61,271 nucleotides of DNA, filler included, from Sphacelaria rigidula (GCA_964200075.2; 6 parts of 6 records of this genome joined end to end with filler, not necessarily neighbours in it); one strand, 5' to 3'. Shown: positions 1 through 13,149, numbered from the whole stretch's first letter. Translations and numbers: made by a program. The notes: a model not told the origin generated them from the letters alone.

Positions 1-217
1 TGGTCAATGGTCAAATGACTAAGGCAAGCAACAAATGAGTACGCCCCCCCCCGCGTAAACGGTTTTTGTGTAATGTACGCAAGAAACCTAGTGAGCGCCG
101 ACATGTTGGAGGTGTCTCTATTTGGAGTAGGAACGGTGCTTTGTCTCGAGAGGGATGCGTGGTCAATGGTCAAACGGCTAGGGCAAGCAACGAATGGGTA
201 CGCCCCCCCCCCCCGCG
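1..217 (+). mobile_element. Two head-to-tail 3' ends of a C-run-associated retroposon family
   Basis: TGGTCAATGGTCAAA..GGCAAGCAAC(A/G)AATG(A/G)GTACG followed by a C-run occurs at 1-52 and about 160-214. C9-GCG is duplicated at 44-55 and 206-217. Confidence 0.7.
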
Positions 218-1174
218 CGCGCTACACGCGTCTGTCGTGTACCTTTCGGGCGAAAAACTGTAGGAGTATCACAGGCTAAGCGTAGGTGACGTTATCAAGT
301 TCGGAGAATCGACGCGGCTTTACGTGTTGGAGGGCCCGCAGGAGTTACTCCCCGCGGAATACGAAAGCGACAATCTGGTGAGTTTTTGGGTCACAGGCTA
401 CTATAGGTAACAGAGCATAACACCCTACTTCATTGTGGTAATGGTTTTTCAAGTTAAATTTCCTCGATAAGCTGCAGCATCCGGCGTTCCCTCGAGCTAT
501 CTTGTGTAGCTGGTAAACTTTGTCAACATCTCCGTATACGACAGAACATTCGGCCGCCTTGCCGCGATACTCTCCCAAAGCATCAAGTACTGAATTGAGG
601 ACTGAAAACCTTCCGTCAACCGGGGGTTGCTGATCCTCCGTTACACATGGTGAACCATGTTGTCTCCTCTATTCCTACGCATACCTGACAAATGTTGCGT
701 CCGGACTTGCTCTGCTCTTCCCCTCTTTGATGCTGCGTGTTTCTTTACTGCTTTCCGTGTGTAACCTCTTCGCAAGCTCCAAATTCATGGGGAAATATTG
801 AGCATTTCCCAGAAGTATTAATCATTCTCTTTCTTGTAATTATTTATTCCTCTTTTGGTTGTATCGAGTTTTGTGAGTTTTCATATGGGTCGTTTTTTTG
901 GTTTTGTCTGATTTCCTCATACCTCATTATATGTAGCTAGCTTGTGACCACTAAAGGTGTCCGCGTCAGATGCCCAGTTCGAATGTAACGCGCAGATATC
1001 GGAATGGTTTTTATTGTAAAGACAACATCATCATCATCATCAACAACAACAACAATAACAGTAACACTAACAACAACAAGTGATGCCCGTAGAGCAACAC
1101 AGAACCTTGTGTACGCAGCCGTACAAGTCGCTATCTTCCTCCCGTTACCACTGTACCCCAATGCGTTTTCACAG

Positions 1175-4100
1175 CGCCAGCTTAGGCAAGACGCCGCGCG
1201 CAAGCAGCTAGCGGCGAAAATCGCGAAGGTGAAGGCCGGCGGAGCGGGCGGCGCGGGGGACAGCGGCGAGTACGGAATCAGCTGGGGCTTCGACGAGGAT
1301 GCCGTGGCGGAAGCGTCTGACGAGGAGGGGGAGGAAGACGCGGATGGGGAGGGGGGCGAGGTGAGACTGGCTGAGGTCTTTTCATGTGTGCGTGTTTATG
1401 GACGTGCTGCGTCTAAATTTTACATGTTTGATCTTCTAGTGCTGGTGTTGTGTGTGTGAATCAGCGTTTTGCAATAATGTCCATCGGTCTGCACTTGGTA
1501 ACTTCTATATAGTCCGGTGTTCTATCACTCGTAGAGTGTCGGGGTTTTGTTTTGCAGTCTAACTCCATAGATGGGAAAAACAGTAGTCAGGCGCTCTTGT
1601 CGAAAATACGAAACTACTCACTGTAATTTCTGCAGACGATGGTGTGCCCACCTATTCTTTGCCCCGAGCGGAGCACCAGCTTTGCTGTCATTTGAGTGGC
1701 AAGGGAACACGCTACAAAGAACAGGCAAGCATGAAAATGGGGTTTGTCTCGTTCTCCTCCTGTTCAATCGTCTCCTTTTTTCTGCCACGTTCTCTCTCGA
1801 GTTGATTCACTTTTGTCCGTTTCTTCCTTTTTTTTCAGCTTTCCTCTTCCCCGAGTTTCCTTCAGCAAGTGTTTACGTTACTTTGAAGATAGTTTGTGAC
1901 CACGGCTGGGTTATGATTAGTCAAGCATCAGTTAATATGCGACAATCAATCAATCGATCAATCGACCGACCAACCGATGACTTGGCTCCATGATTCGTCT
2001 GTTACGGTAGGTGGAGCTTCCGGATTACCTAAAAACGGAGGCGCAGAAGCGAAGGCGGCGGGACACAAAGTGAGGACTACTGCGACACGTGGTGTGTTTT
2101 TTTGCGTATATTTTTCAGTCGCACCTATTTCACCCACGTCCTTGCCTTGCCGCTCTGGTCGTTGAGTGTGAGTGTAGGGTACCCTGTTCTGGATTGCTGC
2201 ATCGTAATCGTTTTATGTATCACATGGCACCCGTGAGTGGGTGTGGGTTTGATGCTTGCGTTTCGCTTTTCTCACACTCTTAACACGTTCTTTTTTGCAC
2301 ACCCTCGATGCGCCTGCTGCCGAGTACGAGTTGCCGCATTCCTGGTGCTACTATGAGCTGTTGGTGAGCTGGATGCCCGTGATTATTACTGCGCATGTTG
2401 GTTTTATCATCATCCGTCTCCTCCCGTTTGCGGGATGCGAGAAAGATCCAGCGATACTGGATACTTTCGTTTGGAGCTATGAGCTATGCCTATCTCCCCG
2501 CGGGGTGTCAGCTACGCAAACGTTTGGTTGAACGCGGTTGCTACACGTGGTGTAGCGTTACATCATGTGTTTCTCTGCCCGCTCGTATCGGCCGTACTCA
2601 CGTGTTCACTTTCGTTTTACTTGATCTCTTGTGCTCGTTCTATGCATTGTGTCAGGACGGGCGTGTCCGAGGATAGCGTGCACAAGCGCGACGCAAAGTT
2701 GTTTGAGAAGCTCCGGCTGAAGCTTTCCAAGGTGAGTCACAGTAATGCACAAACGTTAGTACCAGAGCGACTCAGGTACACAGTACAAGAGCAGCGTCGG
2801 GTGAATTTAGTGATGGTCGATTATTTGCGGCACCTGTAACATGCCCCGAAGGTTTGATGAGGGTTGGACCAAGCGCAGCGGCCCCTCCGCCCCCTCGTTT
2901 GCCCTTTTCACGGCGATCTTGTGACAGCACACGATCACTCATTGCCTTGCTGGGTGTCTCGGAGCACACAAGGAAGTGCCGTAGTGATGTGATGGTAGAT
3001 TATATAGCCCAGTACCGCGTGCACAGGAGTCAGAACGAAATTGATGAAGATGGGGCTGCAAGCAGCCAGGCATAACAAACCAACAAGCCTGCATCTCCCG
3101 ACTGGGGTCATTTCCCAGTGGCTCATCCTCCTGGAAAACTCAGGACCTGGTTCCGCCGCACGGAACCTCTTGGTGCAGATCCACACGCAAAAACGGTTAG
3201 TACAGTGCAGAGAGCACACACGTAGTGTATCCTGTAGCTTATGGGTGAAATGACACTAGGCAACACATATCCTGAGTTGCGTCATGTTGCAGCCAACAGT
3301 TCTCGTAACATCTCAACAGTTGTTGTCACGTACCGTCTTCGACGTATCGACAGTCGGCTTGCTTTTGGACAGATATCTTGCATTCATCCACTCTGTTGCT
3401 TTACTAAGATAAGGAGGTCGAGACGCCTGCGACCTCAGGATTACCGTTGCTACCAACATGATTGACAAGCCAGAATAGTAATTACAAGCATTTATAGCTT
3501 CAAAACGCCTACTAATTTGCATTTGGGGTGTCTCAACTTACTCAGTGCGTGTCGACGTTGCATCTTTGATTCGCCCTCGCCGCCTACCCCTCTGTCGTTT
3601 TAGCGCTCTCCTTGCAACAGGACGCCGGTTTCGCCCGTCCAAGCGTGCCATTTGTTTGTAACGTGCGTTGGTCGTCTCCCTCCGCTCTCTTACTCCTTTG
3701 AATTTGTTGGATCTTGCCAGCCGCTTTATCCTATAGCACGCTCATTGTCGCTCCCTTCTGCCACCCCCCCCGCTTCACCCCACCCCACCCCGAACGTCCA
3801 CATCGTTATTGGAACACATGGGAACCGCAGGTAGAACACCTCTTGACGGAAAACGAACGTATCACCGCAAAGGAGGGGAGTCAGGGAGGGCTAACGGAGG
3901 GGCAGCAGGCACAGCTGGCCAGAAATGACAAGGCGATAGCTGCCGTGAGATTACAGGCGAGATTGCTTCAGCAAGTTGAGCGTTGTACGGCCTGTGTGAC
4001 TGTCGAAGCAGTTTCCAAACGCTTTCCGAGTGTTCTGGATGCGGTGTTGGTATAGGTACTGTACTTTGGCCACGTATTTTTTTTTCCCGAGAAGAGTTCT

Positions 4101-7100
4101 GTTTTTAACTTGTTCGGGCAACGTTGGGTTGGTTTGGATGTTTTTGCATTGTGCCCGCTGCATTTATACAGTACGCAAATGGTGCGATGGCTCTTTGAGG
4201 TGATCGAGACCCACACCAGTACAATGTATCGAGTTCAAATATTTTCAAGTTAATTTACGAAGGCCGCGCAACAGTCTGCGGTTGCACTAAACGACACCTG
4301 GTGTGGGTTGTCGCGAGCGACGGGAGCCTCTACTTGGAAACGGTGGGCACGCCACCGTACACACCCGTTCCGCGAGAGGAAATCCAATAACGAGAGCAAA
4401 AAGCAATGCGATCTGAGCACCTTGAATCGGACAAGGTGGTTCAACGAGCATGTTTCGAGTCGATCATGTCGTGACGCGCCACACCTCGGTAGGTTCACCA
4501 CTCTCGCCAGTTTTTGCGAACTGGAAGCTTGCGATCAACGACCGGCCGCCAGAGGCGAGCTACAACGTTCACTCCCTGGTGGGTACACGGACCATACATG
4601 CGTATTTTCCAGCAAATAACCCCTCGAAAACATGATGGGAATAGATCCTCCAGCGGAGGAAACATTGGCGTCTGAACAACCGCCGGTTTCGAACAAATCC
4701 ATCGCCAACTGATGCCACGCTGACGATAGTTGCGCCCATCCTTTGCACGAGCGAATAGCGGCAGCACGTGCTCTCTAACGTCAGTGTTGGGCGGTAGGGG
4801 AGGGGTGGTTGTAGTGCTGAATAAGGCAGGGCTACGGCTAGTGTGTGTCAGGAGCAACGCCAGCCTCATATCTACGCTCCACGCTACTCCCGCGTTCTAC
4901 AGCCAGCGCAATCTTTGCGTAATTGTTCGCCCTTTTAACACAAACCTGCCCTGCCCCGACTTAATTGGCGTGCGCAGGTCGAGGAAATTGAAGAGTCGAT
5001 TCGCCAGAAGAACAGAGCAAGAGAACAAGGGAAGCAACTACAAGAGGCGGGGGGGAATGACGCCGCGGCTCGGTCAAAAGAAGAGAAGGGCATGGAGGGT
5101 GATGACGATGACGACTACTACGATCGGTGAGAGCTCGCTGGTTGCTGCGCATCGTTAGACGAATACATATTGACTGAGTCGAGCCGCCTAGAGCATGCCC
5201 GATCTGGCCAGGCACGTGGCATAGATTTGACGGGTAGAGTGTACAGTAACTCTGACCTTCTGACGCGAAGCTACCTTTGGGCTTGGTCATATCTCACAGT
5301 AAATGATTTGCTCATGCAGTGCCTGTTCAGCAGTTGGTAGATGCACCACGTGGTATTGAGCAATTCGGCGAGTGCAGCCCCTTGGAATGTTTTGCATGCA
5401 CGGTGCTCTCCGCCCTGAACACGCTCACCACCCACTAATCATACGCACACGTATTTTTGTTTTGGCACGTTCAGTGCTGTACCCTCAAGCTGAGCACATA
5501 TTTTCTTACTCATTATCGCTGAAGTGTTGTCCCCTTATTCGGTCCCTCACGATGGCGTCCCATCCTCTCCATCCCAGGACTGCTCCCGTGAAGGCCTCCT
5601 CCGCAAGAACCACCGAGAGTGGAGCGGTCTCGAAGAAGGAAGAGATACGGGCGCGACGATTTGCTCCCCGAGATAAGACCAAGAAACTGTTGTCGACGGC
5701 AGACGCGGGCGCTGCAGTGACCACGCCGGGCGCGTTGCGGGCAGGGACCGATGACGGAGAGGAGGGAGGGGCGGGAACTGCAGCGCAGAGTTTCGAGGCT
5801 TTGACTCGTCGGAATGAAGCTGTGGCTGACGATTTAGATCGGACAGAGAAGGGACTGGCCGAACTAGAGGCAGAAGAAGCTGAGGAGGCCTTGGAGAATA
5901 TGGGGTACGTGCGTGCTGCTGTGTGTCTCGGATTGAGCTTTGTCCAACACGGCTTTGGATGCGTTGGTATGTATGTGCTGCCCGCCCGATATAGGGCGAT
6001 GCGTGCTTTTGCGCTCTGGAAGAGGCACGGTTGAACATATTAATACTCGATACAAAATAACAACTGTGAGAGTGTGGAAAGTATGTTCGCGTGTTTCAGG
6101 AGGCGTGTTCAGTGCGAGTCTGATAATGAAAACGTAAGACTGTTGGGATTCCGTATACTGCAGAAACGAGTAGAGTGTTCATGCTCGAGACACGCACAGG
6201 GCATGTGGGTACACCGCATTCTCAACTTGCGACTACCGCTCATCATTTTCCACACCTCCGCTCCCGTATCCGCTCTTTCTTCTCCCTACCGTTGGCTGGG
6301 TGTTCCCCCTTACAACCAGATCCGAGGGCGAAACTGCGGCGGATCCGTTGGATGCTTTTATGGCTTCCAATCGCCAGAATGCGAGGAAACAGGCCTTGGA
6401 ACGTTTGTCAACTAAACGCGACGCTCTGAGAAAAGAGCAAAGCCGATTGAAGTTTATGATGGATGCAGCACGACCATCGATGCCAGAGCTCAAAGCCCCC
6501 GCAAGTATTCCCGCATCGCCGGTGGAGGCAGGTACGGCGACCGAAACCAACACACGAGTCATACAGGAGGGTGTAGATCCAAACGTTCCAGGTTCGACCG
6601 ACCAGCGAGGCTCAAATAGACCCACAGGTGAACAGGCACATCAGATGTCTTTCGGAAAAAGCACGACGCCAGCCAAGATGGCACCGCCTGCGTTCACTGG
6701 TAACCCAGCAAGAGATGCAGGGCATGATGGTGGTAAGGACCAGGAGATGCGGACTATGAATGAGCCGGATGAGCGGCGGCCGGGATCGGGTGAAATACCC
6801 CCGCATGCGGGGGCTAGGGCGATGGCATCTCCCCCCACTGCAGCGTCATTTCCTGGGCCTTCGGCTGTTTCGTTGCCCCGGCCGTCTGCCGTGGGTGAAG
6901 GTGGGGCCAAGGTGGATGAGGTAAGAAATTTATCGACTGTTTCGAGCGACAGAGGCATCGGGGGGGGTGATGAAGGGGGTGGGAGATGTGACGAGGCGCC
7001 GCCGTCACCTGCGCAGGCGGCAAAATCTGGCAGTAGTAGTAACAGGGATGGTGCCGCGAGTAGTACGGGCGTGAAGAGGAGAGAGATATCTACGGCAGAG

Positions 7101-7448
7101 GGCGATATGGAACCACCACCCGCCGCAAAACGCTCACCGCAATGGAAAACCCCATTATCAACGTTGAAAAAGACACCAAGTCAAGAGCAGCCACGTGACC
7201 CCGGGATTACTACCAAGCGGACGGTCAAGGGGCCAGCAGCGATGCCTCCCCCCTCGGTAACAGCATCTTCAGCTACAGCAGCAAACACAACGAACGTTGC
7301 AGGGATGAGTGAAGGTGGTGGTAATGGTGTCAAGAAGGGTGCTGCTGCGGCTGGCGCTCTCCTGGAAGGGGGGGATGCTGATTGGGTGCCACCTGAGGGG
7401 CAGTCGGGAGATGGCCGTACCGCGCTCAACCTGAAGTTCGGATACTGA
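1175..7448 (+). CDS. SLC4A1AP: Kanadaptin homolog, 5'-partial (FHA-domain exons lie outside the contig)
   Basis: Exons join in frame by phase: 1175-1360, 2011-2069, 2656-2731, 3831-3956 (or -3944), 4978-5126, 5578-5904, 6320-7448. Kanadaptin motifs present: GISWGFDEDA, GGLTEGQQAQLARN, DDDDDYYDRT, DPLDAFM and the C-terminus DWVPPEGQSGDGRTALNLKFGY-stop. Confidence 0.9.
1895..1965 (+). repeat. Short dispersed retroposon 3' tail ending in (CAAT)n
   Basis: TGTGACCACGGCTGG..TGCGACAATCAATCAATC. Related copies at about 21440-21496 (+), 30261-30320 (+), 40384-40478 (-) and 44666-44731 (-). Confidence 0.6.
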
Positions 7449-7555
7449 AAAGCCATGGGGCTAGAAATACTTGTCCTTTTGGAATGTGTTGACTTTCTGG
7501 GCGGCCGTTGTGTTGCTGTCGTTTGGTTGAAAAAGCCCCCTCAAAAGCAGTATTC

Positions 7556-8084
7556 CAAGCTTGTGTTCTGTAGGGTACGGTTTCTGTATACCCGGGGTAT
7601 TTTCCCTCGTATTTACCGTACCCGACACATCTGTAAACTTCGTAAGACTTCAATGCCCTTACTCGAAGGTTCTGTGACTTTTGTAAGCCTCCCGTACCGA
7701 CACCGGGGGGCACGGGTATGCCCTTGACAAGATACCCGGTTGCGGGCACGGTTTTCTGTGCAACCTCTATTCCCTACCCGACAGTTTGTTGTGAGTCCTG
7801 TGAGTCTCCCATACCTTGACCCGACAGTTTTGTGAGTTCTGTACGCAATGTTTACCCGTACCCCGAGCGCGGATATGCTCTTGAAATATCCGATTGCCGG
7901 TACGGTTTGCTGTAAGCCTTCCATACCGTAACCGACAAGTTCTGTAATTCCTGTAAGACTTTCATCCAGTACCGGTACCCGGCAGTGCTGTAAGCTTTGT
8001 AAACCTTCCATACCCCTACCCAGGGTTAGGGTATGCCGTTGTAGATGTACCCGACTGCAGGTACGAGCACAGTTATATACCTTG
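7556..8084. mobile_element. Non-autonomous DNA transposon (hAT-like MITE with subterminal repeats)
   Basis: Starts CAAGCTTGTGTTCTGTAGGGTACGG and carries internal repeats of CCCGACAGTTCTGT..TCTGTAAGACTTTCATACC. Same family as 8712-9860 and 11592-12162. Confidence 0.75.
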
Positions 8085-8379
8085 GGGAGGTATGGATATG
8101 GGTTCAATACAATCACAACCTCATGATCTGAACATGTACCCCCATCGATCAACCCACCCTCCTCTTTCAGTCAACGCTGCACACCACCAAAAATCAATGT
8201 TGGAAATATCTTTGGTTCATAATTTGACGGGTTACGAGGTACTGTTGAGTGGAAACACGAAACATGAGCAGCACCGCATACCGTCAAGGTAAATCACCCC
8301 TAGGCTCGAGTGGTGGCTCGAACGGGGGCGGTTCATTCGCGCCACCGGGGGATCAAGTAGCAAGACGCACGTCATCGAC

Positions 8380-8610
8380 GTTGACGGTGGTTGTGTCGTG
8401 ATCATCAAACCTTAGGCTGTTATAGACATGCACAGCAATGAGTATGGGCTGCCACCGGCAGTCAAGGCCGTCGACGGTTTGATCGTGCCAAAGGACTTCC
8501 AGAGGGCGGGCAGTCGTGAATGCCCCATGTACTCTCTAGGAGTGCTCGTGAAGCCGATAGATGTTGATGATCCCGTGCACATCTACTACTGCGAGTGTTC
8601 GTGAAGTCTT
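8380..8610 (+). pseudogene. Degenerate coding fragment, possibly a transposase N-terminus
   Basis: Translates YGLPPAVKAVDGLIVPKDFQRAGSRECPMYSLGVLVKPIDVDDPVHIYYCEC. It lies between two hAT-like MITE copies and has no intact ORF. Confidence 0.3.
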
Positions 8611-8711
8611 CCTCTATCAATCCCGTGGACGCGTTCAGAGTTTTCGTGAACTGCCATCTGTAGTTCGCCACTGTAGTGACGTGAGTCCCACCGCAGGGGT
8701 GATGATAATAC

Positions 8712-9860
8712 CAAGGTTGTGTTTGGTAGAGTATGGTTTTCTACATACCCGAGGTATTTTCCGGGGTATTATCCGAGCGATGCTAGGGGAGGGGTTGCAC
8801 TTTTTCTTTCTGAGTCTCTTTCTTGTAGGAGCCCAAATATATGAGGCTTACTGTGCAACCCAAATCTCCGGGTACCGGACTCCCAAAAACATGATGTTTC
8901 CACGCAGGGACCATTTCGTGAATCGACATCATTTTCCGTATTTTTCAAGTAAAATGATGCCGATTCTCAAAATGACCCGTCCAACACCCCGAGCAGACCC
9001 GAGCAACATTTTCGCGAAAAAAGTGCAGCGCCTACCGACAGTTTTGTAGACTCTGCAAGACTTTCGTACCGGTACCCGACAGTTCTGTAATCTCTGCAAG
9101 ACTTTCACACCCTTACCCGATAGTTCCGTGAGTTCTGTTCGCCCCCCGTACCGTTACCGGGGGCACGGTTATGCTCTTGATAAGATACCCGGTTGCGGGT
9201 ACGGTTTTCTGTGCAACCTCCATACCCTACCTGACAGTTTCTGTGAGTTATGTAAGCCTACCACATACCCTTACCCGATAGTTCAGTGAGTTCTGAACAG
9301 AATGTTTACCCGTACCCGGAGCGCGAGTATCCTCTTGAAGAGGTACCCGATTGTCGGTACGGTTTTCTGTTAGCCTCCCATACTGTTATGCTGGTCGCCC
9401 CGGTGACTCAGTTGATAACCTCGAAACCTTCTGACGGTTGGGGGTCGTGGGTTCGAATGTCGGAGCGACCTGGGATTTTTTTCACACAATGCTCAAGAGT
9501 GGAGAGCAACTATTTCGTGGGTACTCAAAATTCGATTTAATGGTCGGACGAGGAAAGGCAATGCGGAACCCCTCTCGCGACAAATATTAAAGCCGAGCAC
9601 CGCAGAAGGAAGGTGGAGAACTAAAACAAAAAAAAGTGAGAAAAAAATGTGGTGGCCTTCCTCCTGGGTGACCCCGCCTGGTGCGCCTCCATGTACCGAA
9701 ATATGTAGACCGGCTTGTAGAATAGATGGGCCGACAACACCGTACCCGACGAGTTCGGTAATTTCTGTAAGAGTTTCAAATCGGTACCCGACAGTTTTGT
9801 AATTTCTGTACGACTTTCACACTGACTGGTACCGAACGGTTCTGTATTCTCTGTAAGCCT
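8712..9860. mobile_element. hAT-like MITE copy interrupted by two nested insertions
   Basis: Starts CAAGGTTGTGTTTGGTAGAGTATGG. Family subrepeats stop near 8775, resume near 9033, stop near 9385 (SINE) and resume near 9740. Confidence 0.7.
9392..9740 (+). mobile_element. tRNA-derived SINE
   Basis: Head GGTCGCCCCGGTGACTCAGTTG (A box) and GGGTTCGAAT (B box). The 3' part TGTAGACCGGC..AGAATAGA..ACAACAC is shared with four other copies in the window. Confidence 0.8.
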
Positions 9861-10129
9861 TTTTTTGCTTGAGCACACGTCCTGTGCATGCGCCTACCGT
9901 ACAGTACCCCATTCGAGGAACTCGGCGGTCTGGTTCGTGAGATACCACACAAAGCATTTTTACGCCTGGGGGGGGGGGGGCACTTCGGCCTGAAACTGTT
10001 TCAGACACGGATCGGTTTTTCCTGAAAGAGGGGATCTTTTGTTGCAATGGACTGACTACGTCGTTGCAATCAAGTGATGTGTCAAATTGATCGTGTAGGT
10101 GACAGCTTTCATTGACGCCACCGCTTCAC

Positions 10130-10229
10130 NNNNNNNNNNNNNNNNNNNNNNNNNNNNNNNNNNNNNNNNNNNNTTAATTAATTAANNNNNNNNNNNNNNN
10201 NNNNNNNNNNNNNNNNNNNNNNNNNNNNN
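10130..10229. other. Artificial contig linker N44-TTAATTAATTAA-N44
   Basis: Exact 100-bp spacer with a stop-codon linker. It is repeated identically five times in the window. Confidence 0.98.
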
Positions 10230-10372
10230 CCCCCCCCCGGGGGGGCGCCCCCGCACAAGAGGGGGGGGGGGGGGGGCGGGGTTCGGGCGGGGGGGGGTTT
10301 TTTTGGGGGGGGGGGGGGGGTAACGTGACACTACTAAATCAGGCGCAACACAGCTCGTCCAGAGGGCAGGAG

Positions 10373-11010
10373 GGGGGGAAGGCGTACTCATTTGTTGCTT
10401 GCCTCAAGTCATTTGACCATTTACTACGCATGCATCCCTTTCGAGACGGAACGGAGGGGGGAGACAGAGCAACAAAAACGAAACGGAACATGAAAAGAAG
10501 AACATAACGACAGAGACACATCCACATCCACTAACAGCTCGAGCCACAGAGCAAGCAGAAGTATGAAGCAGGCTCTGACGCACAATACGCCAACACGTTT
10601 GTGTTCGAGAGCGAGGAGGTTTATCAACTCCGAGAGCACGGATGGGCTGACGCCGTGGCCCCAGGAGAATGCCGTAATTACCCAACCACTGTTCATCCGT
10701 TGAAAGTGCACCTTTCGGCAAGAAACCGATCGGTATCCTGATCAGGAATAAACGGTCGATACCCTTTTTAGGCATACCTTCCCCGATGAAACCGATCGGT
10801 ACCCTGTTTAGGGAAAAAAACCCGATTAGTATCCTTTTCAGGCATATTTTTGCCGACGAAACCAGGGCATGTCTGATGGAAGTACGGAAAAACATGGGCC
10901 AGGTGGTTTCGCGGTCTTGTAGAGATAGAGCTTCAGTCCACCCTAGCTCTCCCTACTTGACTGTGCCAGTACAGCGTGCGAGGGGGCCTACTCTGATTGC
11001 TGCTCCATGA
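10373..11010 (-). mobile_element. Longest copy of the C-run-associated retroposon 3' region, interrupted by a small element at about 10714-10857
   Basis: The minus strand ends ..GGTCAAATGACTTGAGGCAAGCAACAAATGAGTACGCCTTCCCCCCC. The 5' extent is approximate. The inner insert has TCGGCAA/TTGCCGA ends and AACCGATCGGTA subrepeats. Confidence 0.55.
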
Positions 11011-11591
11011 TTCCAGGTGTCAACGAGTGTGGGTGTTTCACCGTGTGATTGGCGAAAAAAACGACGCGATACGATGATGTCTGAGAGGAATTGCCGACTC
11101 ATGTTCTCCTCTCGATCCCACCTCCCAAGGGAATATCACCCTCTTCTTTCGGATCGTAGGTAAAAGATCTCATGAATCAGCTGATTGCGATCTGCTGCCA
11201 CAGCAAAAACAGAATGCCGTGGTGCAGTTTGCAAGTATTTGTCTTCACGGATATCGTTGATTCCCCCTTCCATTTCTACCCACATTTACTACAGTACCCA
11301 CGGACTGAACATGAAGGGTTTTCAACAAATGTGTGATAAACATCAACAAGTACAAAAAATGTAACACTTGCGTATTTAGATAGCGGGTACTGTACTACAG
11401 CCGAGCCGCTACGAGCCCAGACGTGGTTACAAGAAAGCCTAATTCGAGGTCAATACCGTGAATCCCCTTGAACCAAAATTACTTTTTTTTTCGCGTCAAA
11501 CTGCGAACGCTATGTGCCCACGGATGACCGACTACCATGAGAGCAGTCCTCGTTCCCTTATTGTCGAGTAGAACACACAGGTGGATATTTC

Positions 11592-12162
11592 CAAGGTTGT
11601 GTTCTGTAGGGTACGGTTTCTGTATACCCGAGGTATTTTCCCGGGCATTTACCGTACCCGACAGTTCTGTGACTTCTGTAAGACTTTCATACCGATGAAC
11701 GACAGTTCTGTAAACTCTGTGAGACTTTCATACCCGAACCCGATCGTTCTGTGACTTCTGTAAGCCTCCCGTACCGTTACCGGGGAGCACGGGTATGCTC
11801 TTGAAAAGATAACCGGTTGCGGGTACGGTTTTCTGTGCAGCCTCCATACCCTACCCGACAGTTTCTGTGAGTTCTGCAAGCCTCCCATACCCTTACCCGA
11901 CAGTTCTGTGAATTCTGTCACAATGTATACCTGTACCCGGAGTGCGGATACGCGCTTGAATAAATATCCGATTGCCGGTAGGGTTTTCTGTAAGCCTCCC
12001 ATACCCTACCCGATAAGTTCTGTAGTTAAGGCTTTCAAGCCGGTGCCCCACAGTTTTGTAATATCTGCAAAAATTTCTTACCGATACCCGATATTTTTAT
12101 TAGTTCTGTAAGGAATCTCATACCCTACAGAACATACCCGTACCCTACGGAATGCAACCTTG
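11592..12162. mobile_element. Complete hAT-like MITE
   Basis: TIRs CAAGGTTGTGTTCTGTAGGGTACGG ... CCGTACCCTACGGAATGCAACCTTG. Imperfect 8-bp flanks GATATTTC / GATAATTT. Many internal subrepeats. Confidence 0.85.
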
Positions 12163-12490
12163 GATAATTTTCTGGAGAGTGAACGAGTCCCTCGAGCACA
12201 CGAGATAAATCGCAAGCCGATGGTTGTGAGAAATGGTCCTTGTGGATGTTATCTAGTGGACCAGAACTACGAAACCCTGGGGACGTCGAGAACGTGCTCT
12301 CCACACATGTAGTATGAACATTCATAGGGTCATACACTAGGCGACAACCAACCAACAGATCTGTATCCCAATCAATCTTCTGCCCGGGGATCTGTGAATG
12401 AAAACATTCGCTCAAGAAAAAGTTGAGAAACAAAAAAAGCGACAACAACAACAATAAGGTCAAGGACAAGAGAGGAGTGAAAGACCAGAT

Positions 12491-12491
<1 letters not shown>

Positions 12492-12562
<71 letters not shown>

Positions 12563-12675
12563 ATTATTATTGTTGTTGTTATTGTTGATACAATTATCAT
12601 CATTATTATTCTCATTCATATTCCTATTATGATTATAATTATAATTATAATTATTTTCTTAATAATAATAATTGT
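12492..12675. repeat. (TTG)n microsatellite grading into TTA-rich low complexity
   Basis: Direct reading. Confidence 0.95.
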
Positions 12676-13149
12676 GATATTGTACACCCAACAGCGGGAA
12701 AACGCATCTGAAGACCCCTAACTTCAGGGGCTGAGGGTCATCCCACGGTACACGGGAGATAACAGGGAGGGTTTTACGATTCATGAACCACGTTCTCGAG
12801 CGACGATGGCAGAACGTTGCGGGCATTGGCACCCAGTCTCACAGCGATACGCTCATCGCTGCTTTCAGTGATATAGTGCACACGCAAATATGTAAACGGG
12901 GTTGACCCATGGACCCCCGTACTACTGTTTTCCGTCAAAAATGGACGGGATGGGTTCCGCTCGTACCACGTGCACCAAACGACTCATACTTTGCTCGAAA
13001 CTCTTGGACCCATCCACAAGCTGATCTTACCCCCGTCCAATGTTTCGTGAAAAAGCATCCACCTGCAACACCTACACAACAGAGGAAAAGTAAGTAGTGT
13101 TTCTCTGAGCTTTTGATTCAATTCAAACCCAACCCTCAAAGACTTAGTG

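Noticed and set aside
10174..10185. TTAATTAATTAA palindrome repeated every ~10.2 kb
   Set aside because: It is a synthetic stop-codon linker embedded in Ns, not biological periodicity.
10925..10955. ELGWTEA on the minus strand as a possible last exon of the cNMP gene
   Set aside because: An in-frame stop lies just upstream, there is no good acceptor, and it sits within a repeat-derived region.
7556..12162. Regularly recurring ~30-bp units resembling a CRISPR-like array
   Set aside because: The units are degenerate, lack unique spacers, lie between TIRs and recur as whole dispersed copies. They are transposon subterminal repeats, and there are no cas genes.
12125..12632. Poly-Asn and poly-Leu ORFs (also poly-Val/Cys ORFs at 19131-19772 and 40443-40806)
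   Set aside because: They are translations of TTG/CAA microsatellites.
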